A stretch of 62,871 nt of DNA, the filler included. It is 6 parts of 6 records of this genome, joined end to end, with 100 filler letters (N's around TTAATTAATTAA, not from the genome) between each part and the next. Parts side by side here need not be neighbours in the genome. Positions count along the whole stretch, not along the records: positions 1 to 22,445 come from SRR20825010_2612; 5 more parts are not named here. One strand, written 5' to 3'. The notes under the pieces were generated by a model. That model saw only the letters and a program-made list of their open reading frames with translations. It was not told the DNA's origin and did no database searches. This document shows, one piece after another, positions 1 to 10,378 of this stretch; the first letter of the stretch is position 1, and every line of letters begins with the position of its first letter. Both the position numbers and the translations under genes were made by a program.

Positions 1-72
1 CGGACTTGATCCGGCCATCCACGTCTTCACAGGCCGCAAGACGTGGATACGCGGGTCAGGCCCGCGCATGAC
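1..72. repeat. Palindromic REP-like dimer (alphaproteobacterial CGTC/GTCATG type), truncated at contig start
   Basis: ATCCACGTCTT (17-27) pairs with AAGACGTGGAT (38-48); hairpin CGCGGG-TCAGG-CCCGCG (50-66) followed by CATGAC. Confidence 0.75.
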
Positions 73-97
73 AAATGAGTTTGCAACAGAAAACTGT

Positions 98-697
98 TCA
101 CCCCCGCCCCGCCATCAATCCATCCACCAGCCGGTCCATCGCCGCGCCGTAATGCGCCCGCGCCACCTCGACATCTTCCGCCGCCGCGATCCCCAGCCCC
201 GCCTGTTGCAATGCGCCCGCCAGCAAATCGCCAATCGGGTCTTTATCCGCTGACGGAAGAATGCCCTCGTCCACCAGATGCTGAAGCGCATGGTCGAGAA
301 AGAGTTTCGACAAAGGCGCTTGCAAAACCTTCCAATTCAGAAAACCCAGCACCGCTGGTCCCTCGATCAGAAAGAGCCGCCGCACTTCCGGATCGGCATA
401 AATGCCCAGCAGCACCTGACAGCCGACTTTGAGGTCTTCGCGGTCCGCCTTGATCTTGGACATTGTCTCTTCAAAGAGCCGTTGTCCGATCTCCGGCAGC
501 ATCTTTTCCAGCACCGCCCGAAACAGATCCTGCTTGTCCGCAAACTGATGGTAGAGCGCGCCGCGCGTCACACCCGCCTCTTTGACAATCTCTTCCGTGC
601 CCGTCTCCGCAAACCCCTTCTCCGCAAAAAGGCGACGACCAGCCGCGAGCAGCTTGTCGCGGTTCTTGGAAGGTCTCTTGGCAGGGGCAATACGCAT
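98..697 (-). CDS. TetR/AcrR family transcriptional regulator
   Basis: N-terminal HTH LLAAGRRLFAEKGFAETGTEEIVKEAGVTRGALYHQFADKQDLF; 199 aa. Confidence 0.95.
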   Translation of the reverse strand: MRIAPAKRPSKNRDKLLAAGRRLFAEKGFAETGTEEIVKEAGVTRGALYHQFADKQDLFRAVLEKMLPEIGQRLFEETMSKIKADREDLKVGCQVLLGIYADPEVRRLFLIEGPAVLGFLNWKVLQAPLSKLFLDHALQHLVDEGILPSADKDPIGDLLAGALQQAGLGIAAAEDVEVARAHYGAAMDRLVDGLMAGRG

Positions 698-707
698 GGC
701 TCAACTT

Positions 708-768
708 ATACAGCTTGTATGAATTTCGAATCCCGATTATACAGTCTGTATCTCATACAACCGGTATG
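708..768. promoter_or_regulatory. Three palindromic operator-like sites ATAC-N5-GTAT
   Basis: ATACAGCTTGTAT 708-720, ATACAGTCTGTAT 739-751, CATACAACCGGTATG 754-768, between divergent TetR and membrane gene. Confidence 0.75.
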
Positions 769-781
769 AAAGCAGGTCGTA

Positions 782-1411
782 ATGTCCGCCAACGCCGCAG
801 CTTCCCTCGCCCCGTCCCGCAAAATCCCTTGGGCCCTCTTCATTCTGGTCGCTCTGGCCGGTGCCGGCACGGTGCTCGGCTCGCTCGCCTTCTGGCCCGA
901 TCCCGTGGAAGGCTGGCTCCATGCCGCCCGCTACACGGCGCGCCTCTCCTTCCTCATCTTCCTCGCGCCCTTCCTTGCCGCCAGCCTTGCCTATTGGGCA
1001 CCGTCACCGCTCACCAGATGGTTGCGTGCCAAACGGCGCTATCTTGGCTTGAGTTTTGCGCTTGCCCATTTCATCCATCTGGGCGCACTCGTCATCTACC
1101 TCAATCTGAGTGGCGAGGGTCGTTCGCTCATCACTCTGCTGGGCGGCGGCGGGGCCTATGTCATGATCACACTCATGGCGCTCACTTCCAACGACTGGTC
1201 GGTTCGCACGCTCGGCCCGCGCGTCTGGGGCTGGCTCCACTGGATCGGCATCTATGACATCTGGTTCGTCTTCACCTTCAGCTATTTCGGTCGCGTGACC
1301 AAAGACGCACCGCAAGAACCGAGGATTATTTATATCACGCTCCTCAGCCTCGCCCTTGCCGCTCTCGCGCTCCGCATCGCAACCCGCGTGGCCCGCCGCA
1401 AACGGGGATAA
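782..1411 (+). CDS. Ferric reductase-like transmembrane protein (MsrQ/YedZ-like)
   Basis: About 6 hydrophobic segments; RRYLGL, HFIH, ALTSND and WxxLHxxGxY motifs. Confidence 0.75.
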   Translation: MSANAAASLAPSRKIPWALFILVALAGAGTVLGSLAFWPDPVEGWLHAARYTARLSFLIFLAPFLAASLAYWAPSPLTRWLRAKRRYLGLSFALAHFIHLGALVIYLNLSGEGRSLITLLGGGGAYVMITLMALTSNDWSVRTLGPRVWGWLHWIGIYDIWFVFTFSYFGRVTKDAPQEPRIIYITLLSLALAALALRIATRVARRKRG

Positions 1412-1667
1412 AAAGCGTTCAGGCCGTCACAAGGCGAACAAGAAGAGCAAATGCACAATCTCGTGCTGGATTCGCTCGTTCTCGTGAAGGAAAACGCTGT
1501 TTTTTGATCGGTTTTCCGAGCCTCCCGCGCCTCCCCGTTGCTGACAAAACCCTCAGCAACGATCCTTCCATGCAGACAGGTGACGCAGAGCGGATTCGCT
1601 GTATCATGTCGCCAACCAGAATCTGACCGCCAAAAAGGCGGCATCTAAAGTCATTGGGAGGACTTTC

Positions 1668-3284
1668 ATGTCTTGGAATTTCGGCGACATTCTCGACGCC
1701 ATCTCGCCCGTACTCGACCAGAATGCGCCCGCCTTGGTGCATGGCACGCGCAAGATCACGTGGGGCGACTTCACCAAACGCAGCAACAACATTGCCCGCG
1801 GTCTCATCGAACGCGGCGCGAAACCGGACGACAAACTCGCCTTCTACATGCGCAATCGCCCCGAATATATGGAGCTTCTCGCTGCCGGCTTTAAAGCGCG
1901 CATGACCCACGTCAATGTGAACTATCGCTACAAGGCAGACGAAGTCTTTTACATCTTCGACAATTCCGATGCGCACACCGTTGCCTATGGTTCAGAGTTC
2001 CGCGACATCATCGCCGAAATCCGTCCACGCCTGACAAAGGTCAAAACCTTTCTCGAAATCAATGACGGCGGCGAGATCGCCGACTTTGCCGAACGCTATG
2101 AAGACCTCGCGACAACAGGCAATGGCGCAAATCTTGACATCAAACGCTCGCCCGACGATCAGCTCTTCATCTATACCGGCGGCACAACCGGCATGCCCAA
2201 AGGCGTGATGTGGCGTCACGACGATCTGCGCGAAGTGCAGCTCTCAGCCTTGCGTCGTCTCGGCCCCGTGCCCGAAGACTTGCCGTCGCTCATCGCGGCA
2301 ATCAAGGAAGTCGGCAACGCCGCGCCTATGATCCCCGCCTGCCCGCTCATGCATGGCACAGGTCTTCTAACCGCCCTCGGCAACATCATGTCGGGCGGTT
2401 GCATCGTCACACTCGACAGCGTGTCACTCGATCCCGACGAACTCTGGAAAGCCGTTGACGCCAACAAAGTCGCGCAGGTTGCTATTGTCGGCGATGCATT
2501 TGCAAAGCCCATGCTGCGCACATTGCGTGAAGCCCCCAAAGGCACATACGACCTGTCTTCCATAGTCACGCTCATCTCCTCGGGCGTCATGTGGTCCACG
2601 GAAGTCAAACGCGGCCTTCTGGAATATATGCCCGAAGCCATCATGACTGACAGCTTCGGCGCATCCGAAGCTGTGGGTCTCGGCTCATCGCTCATGACCA
2701 AAGACGGCGAGATCGCCACGGCCAAATTCCAGATCGGCGAACGCTGCAAAGTCTTTGACGAAAACGACGAACCCGTCGTTCCCGGTTCCGGCAAGCCGGG
2801 CTTCATCGCCCTCGGTGCGCCCATTCCTGTTGGCTATTACAAAGATGCAGAGAAAAGCGCCAAGACATTCAAGACAGTGCGCGGCGAACGCTACTCGATC
2901 CCCGGCGACTGGTGCACCGTGGAAGAAGACGGCACACTCACACTTCTGGGACGCGGTTCTGCCTGCATCAACACAGCAGGCGAGAAAGTCTATCCCGAAG
3001 AAATCGAAGAAGCGCTCAAGACACATCCTTCCGTTGAGGACGCACTTGTCGTCGGTCTGCCAGACGAGAAATGGGGCCAGTCTGTCACGGGCGTCATCAA
3101 GCTCGCACCCGGCGCCAAGTTCAACGAAGAAGAACTACGCGCCCATGTCCGAGGCCAGCTTGCCGGCTACAAAACACCCAAGCGCATTCTGATGGGAGCT
3201 GCCGTAGCTTTCCGCGCTGCAAACGGCAAAGCCGACTACAAAACCGTTACAGCTTTTGCCAAAGACGAACTCGACGTCGCATAG
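1668..3284 (+). CDS. Acyl-CoA synthetase (FadD19-like AMP-binding enzyme)
   Basis: YTGGTTGMPKG, FGASE, GRGSACINTAGEKVYPEEIE, YKTPK motifs. Confidence 0.93.
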   Translation: MSWNFGDILDAISPVLDQNAPALVHGTRKITWGDFTKRSNNIARGLIERGAKPDDKLAFYMRNRPEYMELLAAGFKARMTHVNVNYRYKADEVFYIFDNSDAHTVAYGSEFRDIIAEIRPRLTKVKTFLEINDGGEIADFAERYEDLATTGNGANLDIKRSPDDQLFIYTGGTTGMPKGVMWRHDDLREVQLSALRRLGPVPEDLPSLIAAIKEVGNAAPMIPACPLMHGTGLLTALGNIMSGGCIVTLDSVSLDPDELWKAVDANKVAQVAIVGDAFAKPMLRTLREAPKGTYDLSSIVTLISSGVMWSTEVKRGLLEYMPEAIMTDSFGASEAVGLGSSLMTKDGEIATAKFQIGERCKVFDENDEPVVPGSGKPGFIALGAPIPVGYYKDAEKSAKTFKTVRGERYSIPGDWCTVEEDGTLTLLGRGSACINTAGEKVYPEEIEEALKTHPSVEDALVVGLPDEKWGQSVTGVIKLAPGAKFNEEELRAHVRGQLAGYKTPKRILMGAAVAFRAANGKADYKTVTAFAKDELDVA

Positions 3285-3317
3285 AGCTTTCGACACCCTT
3301 TCATTGCTCCAAATCTG

Positions 3318-3353
3318 TTCAGCCGCATGTGCCGTAACGCACATGCGGCTGAA
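3318..3353. repeat. Perfect 15-bp intergenic hairpin (terminator or mRNA-stabilising stem)
   Basis: TTCAGCCGCATGTGC-CGTAAC-GCACATGCGGCTGAA; no clear U-tract. Confidence 0.6.
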
Positions 3354-3433
3354 TCTTGAGCATTGGCCAAGGCTGACATGACTGTTATCCTCCGGCCCAA
3401 AGAATTCACCCATCATCAAACGGGAAAAAACAC

Positions 3434-4624
3434 ATGGAACCCTTAGAGAAGTTCCGCCAGGAAACGCGCGAATGGCTTGAGGCAAACTGCCCTGCCTCAA
3501 TGCGAACACCCATGGCAAACGAAGACGAAACCGTCTGGGGCGGCCGCAAGGCAAAATACGAAAACCCGGAAGCCAAGCTCTGGCTCGACCGCATGGGCGA
3601 AAAAGGCTGGACCGCCCCCACATGGCCCAAGGCCTATGGCGGCGGCGGACTGAACAAGCAAGAGGCCCAGGTTCTCGCGCAGGAAATGCGCCGCATTAAA
3701 GCCCGCTCGCCTTTGTCGAGCTTTGGCATCTGGATGCTTGGGCCCGCCCTTCTCGAATATGCATCGGAAGAGCAAAAGCAAAAATTCCTGCCCCCCATCG
3801 TGCGCGGCGAAATCCGCTGGTGTCAGGGCTATTCCGAACCGGGTGCCGGTTCCGACCTTGCAGGTCTCCAGACCAAAGCCGAAGACAAGGGCGATCACTA
3901 TCTCGTCAACGGTCAGAAAATCTGGACTTCCTACGCAGATAAGGCCGACTGGATTTTCTGCCTCGTGCGCACCGATACATCCAAAAAGCATGACGGCATT
4001 TCCTTCCTGCTTTTCGACATGGCCAGCCCCGGTGTGGAAGCTCGCCCCATTTCAATGATCTCGGGCGCCTCGCCCTTCTGCGAAACTTTCTTCACAGACG
4101 TCAAAGTCCCCAAAGAAAATCTCGTCGGCGAGTTGAACAAAGGCTGGACGATTGCCAAACGCCTTCTCCAGCACGAACGCGACATGATTTCCGGCATGGG
4201 CCTCGGCTCCGGTGTCGGCTCCAGCGCCAGTCTTGAAAGCCTCGCCAAAGATTATTTCGGTGAAAGCAATGGCAAGGTCGCCAGCGCTGCTCTGCGTGAA
4301 CATATCGTGCAACAGAAAATGGACGGCAAAGCCTTTGCCCTCACCCTCCAACGCACCGCCGAAGAAGCCAAAGCCGGTCAGGGCATGGGTGCGGCCTCTT
4401 CGATCTTCAAATATTACGGCACGGAACTGAACAAGCGTCGCTACGAACTGATGCTCGAAATTCTCGGCACACAGGGCCTGGGCTGGGAAGGTGAAGGTTT
4501 CACCGATCAGGAAATCGGCGTCACACGTTCATGGCTGCGCTCCAAAGGCAACTCCATCGAAGGCGGCACATCCGAAGTGCAGCTCAATGTGGTCGCCAAG
4601 CGCGTACTCAACCTGCCCGATTAA
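3434..4624 (+). CDS. Acyl-CoA dehydrogenase
   Basis: WCQGYSEPGAGSDLAGL, NGQKIWTS, SIEGGTSEVQ motifs. Confidence 0.95.
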   Translation: MEPLEKFRQETREWLEANCPASMRTPMANEDETVWGGRKAKYENPEAKLWLDRMGEKGWTAPTWPKAYGGGGLNKQEAQVLAQEMRRIKARSPLSSFGIWMLGPALLEYASEEQKQKFLPPIVRGEIRWCQGYSEPGAGSDLAGLQTKAEDKGDHYLVNGQKIWTSYADKADWIFCLVRTDTSKKHDGISFLLFDMASPGVEARPISMISGASPFCETFFTDVKVPKENLVGELNKGWTIAKRLLQHERDMISGMGLGSGVGSSASLESLAKDYFGESNGKVASAALREHIVQQKMDGKAFALTLQRTAEEAKAGQGMGAASSIFKYYGTELNKRRYELMLEILGTQGLGWEGEGFTDQEIGVTRSWLRSKGNSIEGGTSEVQLNVVAKRVLNLPD

Positions 4625-4663
4625 GTTTCGACGACATTAGAAAAGAAAAAGAGTTCAACGCCC

Positions 4664-5803
4664 ATGGCACTTGTATTGACCGAGGAGCAGCAGCTTCTCC
4701 GCGACACCGCCACGCAATTCTTTCAAGAGCGCGTGCCCGTCGCCAATCTGCGCAAACTACGCGATACGAATAATCCCGATGGCTTTGACCGCGCTGTCTG
4801 GAAAGAAATGGCCGACCTTGGATTTGCCGGCATCATGACATCAGAGAAATACGGCGGCACGGATTTCGGTCCCGTTGGTCTTGGTCTGGTCCTCGAGCAA
4901 GCCGGTCGCACGCTGGCCGCCAGCCCGCTTGTTTCCACAGTGCTGCTCTGCGGTTCTGCCGTGCAGCTTGCTGGCAGCGCCAACCAGCGTCAGGACATTC
5001 TCTCTGCCATCGCAGCAGGTGAAACCATCATGGCGCTGGCGCTCGAAGAAGGTCCGCACCACAACCCCACGCGCATCGCCACCAAGGCAATTGCGGACGG
5101 AAACTATTTCCGCATTTCCGGCAGGAAGACATTCGTTCTGGATGGTCACGTTGCTGACACACTCATCGTCGCGGCCCGCACATCTGGCAACGAAAATGAC
5201 AAGTCGGGCATCACCCTCTTTCTGGTCGATCCGAAATCCAAAGGCGTCACCATCACGCGCACTTTGATGGTCGATAGCCGCAACGCCGCCAACATTACCT
5301 TCGACAATGTCAGCGTTTCTGCAGACGCTGTTTTAGGTTCCGTAGATGGTGGCAGCGATGTGCTGGATCAGGTTCTGGACATTGCACGCATTGGCCTTGC
5401 CGCTGAAATGCTCGGCGGCGTGCAGGAAGTCTTCGACACAACGGTTGAGTATTTGAAAGAGCGCAAGCAGTTCGGCGTGCCGATCGGCTCCTTTCAGGCA
5501 CTCAAGCACCGCATTGCCGATCTCTTTGCCGAGATTGAGCTTTGCAGGTCCGTCGTACTGGACGCGCTTTCCGCCCTTGAGGCCCGCCGCAATGACGTGC
5601 CGCAGATCGCCAGCCTTGCCAAAGCCCGGCTTTCCGAAACGGCAACCCGCATGACCAATGAAGGCCTGCAGATGCGTGGTGGGATGGGTATGACAGACCA
5701 GTTCGACATTGGCCTGTTCATGAAGCGCGCTCGCGTGGCCGCCGCCTCATTCGGCGACGCCAATTTCCATCGCGACCGCTACGCTACTCTCGAAGGCTTC
5801 TGA
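4664..5803 (+). CDS. Acyl-CoA dehydrogenase, partner-subunit type
   Basis: RKQFGVPIGSFQALKH, GGMGMTD motifs; degenerate N-terminal FAD motif (ALEEG). Confidence 0.92.
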   Translation: MALVLTEEQQLLRDTATQFFQERVPVANLRKLRDTNNPDGFDRAVWKEMADLGFAGIMTSEKYGGTDFGPVGLGLVLEQAGRTLAASPLVSTVLLCGSAVQLAGSANQRQDILSAIAAGETIMALALEEGPHHNPTRIATKAIADGNYFRISGRKTFVLDGHVADTLIVAARTSGNENDKSGITLFLVDPKSKGVTITRTLMVDSRNAANITFDNVSVSADAVLGSVDGGSDVLDQVLDIARIGLAAEMLGGVQEVFDTTVEYLKERKQFGVPIGSFQALKHRIADLFAEIELCRSVVLDALSALEARRNDVPQIASLAKARLSETATRMTNEGLQMRGGMGMTDQFDIGLFMKRARVAAASFGDANFHRDRYATLEGF

Positions 5804-5965
5804 TTACGGTGATTGCCCGCCTGTTTCGCCGCCAAGTCAGCGGAATTGGCGGGCCCCACCACAATCTTGCCCCGATTTGATGTTGCTCTGCTTGACAGGC
5901 ACAACGAGCCGGTATCTCCTTGATATCAGCACATTTCGAACGATCAGGATTTGGGAGACATATCC

Positions 5966-6271
5966 ATGCGCAAGATCATCCTCGCCGCCACTGCTGGCGC
6001 CCTTGGCCTTGTGATGGCTGCTGCTCCGGCTGCCGCCATTTCCAGCTACCAGGTCCAGTCTGATGGTGGCGCCAATTTCAACGGCGCGCCGAATACTAAT
6101 TCTGAAAGCACAGGCGGTTTGTCCATCACCTCCACCTCGTCCTTTGGTTCGTCTGAAATAGATCCGGCCACCGGCCTGCCGGTCAATAATTTTGAACCGC
6201 AAAAGCAGCAGAACCTTTCCGGCGACATGAGCTGGGAAGGCACAGGCTACTATCTGCGTCCGGAACGCTGA
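5966..6271 (+). CDS. Small secreted hypothetical protein
   Basis: GGAGA RBS; signal peptide MRKIILAATAGALGLVMAAAPAAA; Ser/Gly/Asn-rich mature region. Confidence 0.75.
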   Translation: MRKIILAATAGALGLVMAAAPAAAISSYQVQSDGGANFNGAPNTNSESTGGLSITSTSSFGSSEIDPATGLPVNNFEPQKQQNLSGDMSWEGTGYYLRPER

Positions 6272-6342
6272 TCGTCGACGAACCTGATAAGAACATGATC
6301 TCCTAACCGGCGATCAAGGAACGCCCCCGTCGGAATTGATCA

Positions 6343-7020
6343 ATGTTTTCAATTTTTTCTCAAAAAGCGCGACGTCTTGGACTCGCGCTTTTTCTTTGTC
6401 TGATCTCCGCATCACCTGCATTTGCGCACCCTCATGTCTGGATAGACATGCGCACCGATATGGTCATGGGACCGGATCAAAAACTCGAAGCGATTACGAT
6501 CACGTGGACCTTTGACGAGTTTTATACAGCATTCGCTGTGCAGGATTTTCAGAAGCAGAAGGATGGCTCCTACAAGCAGCAGGACCTTGACGCACTCCTG
6601 AACGTCAATCTCGAAAACCTCAAAGAGTGGAACTACTTCACCGAAATCAAACAAGCTGGAAAAACGTTGCCGTTTGCGGCACCCAAACCTCTGGATGCCA
6701 GATACGATGGCAAGCTTGGCCAATTGACCATTTCTTTTTCTCTACCTTTGAAACCGGCCGTAAAGCCGACTTCCACTGCACCCGTAACACTGCAGATCTA
6801 TGATCCGACCTATTACATCGCCATTGACTATGTGAAAGAAACGCCGCTGCGCCTCACCGGCGAACCAGCCAAGAGTTGCGCAATCAAAGCAACAACACCC
6901 GATGTTGAATCTGTGTGGACCAGCCTGCCGGAAAGCGCCTTCTCAAATCCAGACGGCACAACCCTTGGTCGGAACTTCGCCACCAACGTCACCCTGACAT
7001 GCGATAATAGCGCAAAATAG
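6343..7020 (+). CDS. DUF1007 family periplasmic protein
   Basis: Signal peptide followed by HPHVWID; WTFDE and YDPTYY motifs. Confidence 0.88.
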   Translation: MFSIFSQKARRLGLALFLCLISASPAFAHPHVWIDMRTDMVMGPDQKLEAITITWTFDEFYTAFAVQDFQKQKDGSYKQQDLDALLNVNLENLKEWNYFTEIKQAGKTLPFAAPKPLDARYDGKLGQLTISFSLPLKPAVKPTSTAPVTLQIYDPTYYIAIDYVKETPLRLTGEPAKSCAIKATTPDVESVWTSLPESAFSNPDGTTLGRNFATNVTLTCDNSAK

Positions 7021-7058
7021 AACGCTGTTTCGCAACGCCCCAAAACGGAAGAAAGCCA

Positions 7059-8102
7059 GTGCCAATTAGCTTTACCTCGATTTGTCATATGACTTTTGTG
7101 GTTCTTCTATTCTCACTTGTCTTGGCTCTGACACCCGCCCACGCACAGGACACGTCCCCGCATCCCTTTGCCATGCCGTCCAGCGGATCCGGTACAGCAT
7201 CGGACACAGCACAGACACCAGATCCCGCCGCCATCTCTGGCACCAAAGGGCCCGTCAGCGCACTCCTCTATCGCGCCATGCGCATGCAGCAGGATTATTT
7301 CCGTGGTCTCGCCAAAGCCTTTCGCAATTTCAACCTCGAAGGCTCGCTAGGCGCAGCCGCAACACTGATCGGGCTCTCATTTGCCTATGGTATTTTTCAT
7401 GCCGTTGGACCGGGCCACGGTAAGGTTATAGTCACGTCCTACCTGCTGGCCGACCAACGTGACGTGCGGCGCGGGATCGTGCTGGCCTTCCTTTCGTCAA
7501 TCGCTCAAGCCCTGACGGCAATTATCGTCGTCGGTGCCCTCGCCATCATTCTTGGCCTCACGCACCGTGCCGTGGCAGATTCGATACCGACAATCGAGAG
7601 GGCAAGCTTCCTGCTCGTAATCGCGGTCGGGCTGGTGCTTATCTGGCGGGCACTGAAAGGTGACCGCCATGATCATGATCATGGGCATGATCATGGGCAC
7701 CACGAACACGACCATGCAGGCCATGCCCATATGCCGGACCCTCAAACGCTCCGAAACGTCCATGGTTGGCGCGAGATGATCGGAGTGATTCTGGCTGTCG
7801 GCCTTCGCCCTTGCACAGGCGCGGTCCTCGTCCTGCTCTTCGCTCTCACACAAGGAGCCTTCCTGATCGGCATTCTATCAGCCCTCGCCATGTCCATTGG
7901 CACAGCTATAACGGTGTCACTACTTGCCGTGCTGACGCTTCTTTCAAAGTCAGTTGCGTTGCGTCTGGCTGGCGTTGCGGACAATCTCTGGGCGGCCCGA
8001 ATCGAGCGTGGCCTCAAGATCATAGGCGGTTTAATCATTTTGCTGCTTGGCACCATCATGCTGGCCAGTTCACTTCTGATGCCAGCCCAACCTCTGCTTT
8101 AG
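7059..8102 (+). CDS. Nickel/cobalt transporter (RcnA/NiCoT-like)
   Basis: YGIFHAVGPGHGK, His-rich loop HDHDHGHDHGHHEHDHAGHAH, GLRPCTGA; start GTG 7059 or ATG 7089. Confidence 0.9.
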   Translation: MPISFTSICHMTFVVLLFSLVLALTPAHAQDTSPHPFAMPSSGSGTASDTAQTPDPAAISGTKGPVSALLYRAMRMQQDYFRGLAKAFRNFNLEGSLGAAATLIGLSFAYGIFHAVGPGHGKVIVTSYLLADQRDVRRGIVLAFLSSIAQALTAIIVVGALAIILGLTHRAVADSIPTIERASFLLVIAVGLVLIWRALKGDRHDHDHGHDHGHHEHDHAGHAHMPDPQTLRNVHGWREMIGVILAVGLRPCTGAVLVLLFALTQGAFLIGILSALAMSIGTAITVSLLAVLTLLSKSVALRLAGVADNLWAARIERGLKIIGGLIILLLGTIMLASSLLMPAQPLL

Positions 8103-8196
8103 GCCAACAGGAAACTGCACCTACTCGACAATCAGCCCCCCCCGCCCCATACTGCGCCCGCGTATCTAACCGCCTTTTGTAAGGACCTATATCGGC

Positions 8197-8433
8197 ATGG
8201 CTGACGACACGAAATCCAATGATCCCGAGCGCATCACAGTGCTCGCCAAAGACTTCACGCCGGCGGCCATGGAGTTTCACCGTCGCAACATGAGCGAAAA
8301 AGGCTACCGCATGGAAGGCCAGATCGTTCAGCGTAAGTTTCAGATGATCGAAGGGCTCGGCGCACCTAAAGAGCTTTTCGACGGCGAGCTTTTCTACGCC
8401 GTGACATTTGTGCGCAAGGGCATCGACAAATAG
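8197..8433 (+). CDS. Small hypothetical protein
   Basis: AAGGA RBS; 78 aa with host-like codon usage. Confidence 0.7.
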   Translation: MADDTKSNDPERITVLAKDFTPAAMEFHRRNMSEKGYRMEGQIVQRKFQMIEGLGAPKELFDGELFYAVTFVRKGIDK

Positions 8434-8745
8434 GCCGACCGCACCCGCACAAGGTGTATCGACAGGACACACTCAGCATCCTGTTGCCAAAAATTCATTC
8501 GTAATTGCATGCACTTGCTGTCGCAGCGGGCGGTTTAACGCTGCGACAAAAAGTCCAAAATGCGTTGACTCACAGAAGTCAATGCTGTCAGAATTTCCGT
8601 GCAATCGACGTTTTGGCCTGCCTTGGCTGCACTGCCCTTCAGACTTTCTGCGGGCCCTTCAAGACACTTTCCAAAATCAGGTTGTCATCTGCCTCGCGAT
8701 GGGAGCGTGGTTATTTCCGTACGCAAGTACGTTAAGGAGACGAAT

Positions 8746-8949
8746 ATGGCTAGTGGTACTGTGAAGTGGTTCAACGCACAAAAGGGCTACGGATTTATCC
8801 AGCCGTCTGATGGCGGTCGCGATGTGTTTGTGCATATCAGCGCAGTAGAACGCGCCGGTATGAGCACCCTCAATGAAGGTCAGAACATCAACTACGAACT
8901 TGTCACTGAAAAGGGCAAGACCTCGGCGGCCAACCTTACGGTTGCTTGA
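8746..8949 (+). CDS. cspA: Cold-shock protein
   Basis: GTVKWFNAQKGYGFI and DVFVHISA (RNP1/RNP2); AAGGAG RBS; long non-coding region upstream. Confidence 0.97.
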   Translation: MASGTVKWFNAQKGYGFIQPSDGGRDVFVHISAVERAGMSTLNEGQNINYELVTEKGKTSAANLTVA

Positions 8950-8981
8950 TTTCAAGTCCCCCCGCATGAAAACAAGATACT

Positions 8982-9015
8982 TGGCCGGGCCTCTGCGCCC
9001 GGCCATTTGCATTTT
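8982..9015 (+). terminator. Probable intrinsic terminator of cspA
   Basis: TGGCCGGGC-CTCTGC-GCCCGGCCA followed by TTTGCATTTT. Confidence 0.65.
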
Positions 9016-9033
9016 GGCCCTTCTCTGTCCCTA

Positions 9034-10305
9034 ATGACCGCAAACAAAAATCAGGAGACGGGATTGTCCGCAGAAACCGAATTCAAAGCGCCATCGAAAC
9101 ACGCGATGACCTTTATATTTGTGACCATCCTCATCGACTCCATAGGCCTCGGGATCATCCTGCCCGTCCTGCCACAACTCATCGAACAGTTGAGCCAGGG
9201 CGGATTGAGCGAAGCGGCGCGCATAGGTGGTTGGCTCCTCTTCATCTACGCCTTTGCCCAATTCCTGTGTTCACCCATCATTGGAAATCTGTCTGACCAT
9301 TTCGGTCGCCGCCCGGTATTGCTCCTATCGCTCACCGCACTCGGCATCGATTATATTTTGATGGGTTTTGCACCCAGCATCGCATGGCTCTTTATCGGGC
9401 GATTAATCTCCGGCATGGCCGGTGCGAGCTACTCGACCGCAAATGCCTATATTGCCGATGTCACCCCGCCGGAGGCTCGCGCCCAAAATTTCGGCCTCAT
9501 GGGAGCCGCTTTCGGTATCGGCTTTATTATCGGACCAGTTATCGGGGGGCTGCTTGGCACATATGGTCCACGCACTCCATTTTTTGTGGCTGCTGGCCTG
9601 TCACTTGCCAATGCGCTCTATGGTCTGATTGTCATTCCGGAAACTTTGCCTCCGGAAAAACGCCGCGCTTTCTCCTGGGCGCGTGCGAACACGCTGGGTG
9701 CTTTCCGTCAGCTTCGCAAAATTCCTTCCGCCTTCATGCTGGCAATTACCCTTTTCTTTCATCAACTCGCACATTTCGTGCTACCCGCCGTTTGGTCATT
9801 TTACACAATGGAAAAATTTGGCTGGGGTGCGCGCGAGGTCGGCTACTCGCTTGGCTTTGCGGGTCTGTCCATGGCAATCGTGCAAGGCGGACTTATCCGT
9901 TCTGTCATCCCGCGTATTGGCACATCGCGCGCCGCCTATCTGGGCCTCGTCTTCGCAGCTATTGGCTATTTCGGCTATGCCTTCTCAACCACCGGATGGA
10001 TGCTCTACGCCTTCATGGTGCCAGCGGCTCTCGCAGGTCTCGCCTTTCCATCGATCAACGGAATCATCACCACATTGGTGCCTGCCAACGCGCAGGGCGA
10101 GTTGCAAGGTGCCCTTGGCAGCATCGGCGGCCTGACAGCCATTGTCGGCCCTGTTCTGATGACACAGACATTCGCATATTTTGCTGGCGCAAATACACCA
10201 TTTCATTTTCCCGGTGCTGCGTTTTTCGCCGCTGGTATATTTGAACTGATAGCCATTGCCATGCTGGTAATCATCATGCGCCGCAAGACCGCGGTAGCAG
10301 CATGA
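9034..10305 (+). CDS. TCR/Tet family MFS drug:H+ antiporter
   Basis: Motif [15 protein letters not shown]; motif [20 protein letters not shown]; about 12 TM segments. Confidence 0.92.
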   Translation: MTANKNQETGLSAETEFKAPSKHAMTFIFVTILIDSIGLGIILPVLPQLIEQLSQGGLSEAARIGGWLLFIYAFAQFLCSPIIGNLSDHFGRRPVLLLSLTALGIDYILMGFAPSIAWLFIGRLISGMAGASYSTANAYIADVTPPEARAQNFGLMGAAFGIGFIIGPVIGGLLGTYGPRTPFFVAAGLSLANALYGLIVIPETLPPEKRRAFSWARANTLGAFRQLRKIPSAFMLAITLFFHQLAHFVLPAVWSFYTMEKFGWGAREVGYSLGFAGLSMAIVQGGLIRSVIPRIGTSRAAYLGLVFAAIGYFGYAFSTTGWMLYAFMVPAALAGLAFPSINGIITTLVPANAQGELQGALGSIGGLTAIVGPVLMTQTFAYFAGANTPFHFPGAAFFAAGIFELIAIAMLVIIMRRKTAVAA

Positions 10306-10378
10306 TCGCGGTGAAACTTGACATAAGCCACCCCGACCGATTGCATCTCCCAATCGACATTCCGACCATGAGGATCAC

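Noticed and set aside
7668-7730. CATGAT-type tandem repeat
   Set aside because: Explained by the His/Asp-rich loop of the Ni/Co transporter
9034-10305. Calling the MFS a tetA resistance gene
   Set aside because: Only generic TCR/DHA1 motifs; no divergent tetR and no mobile context
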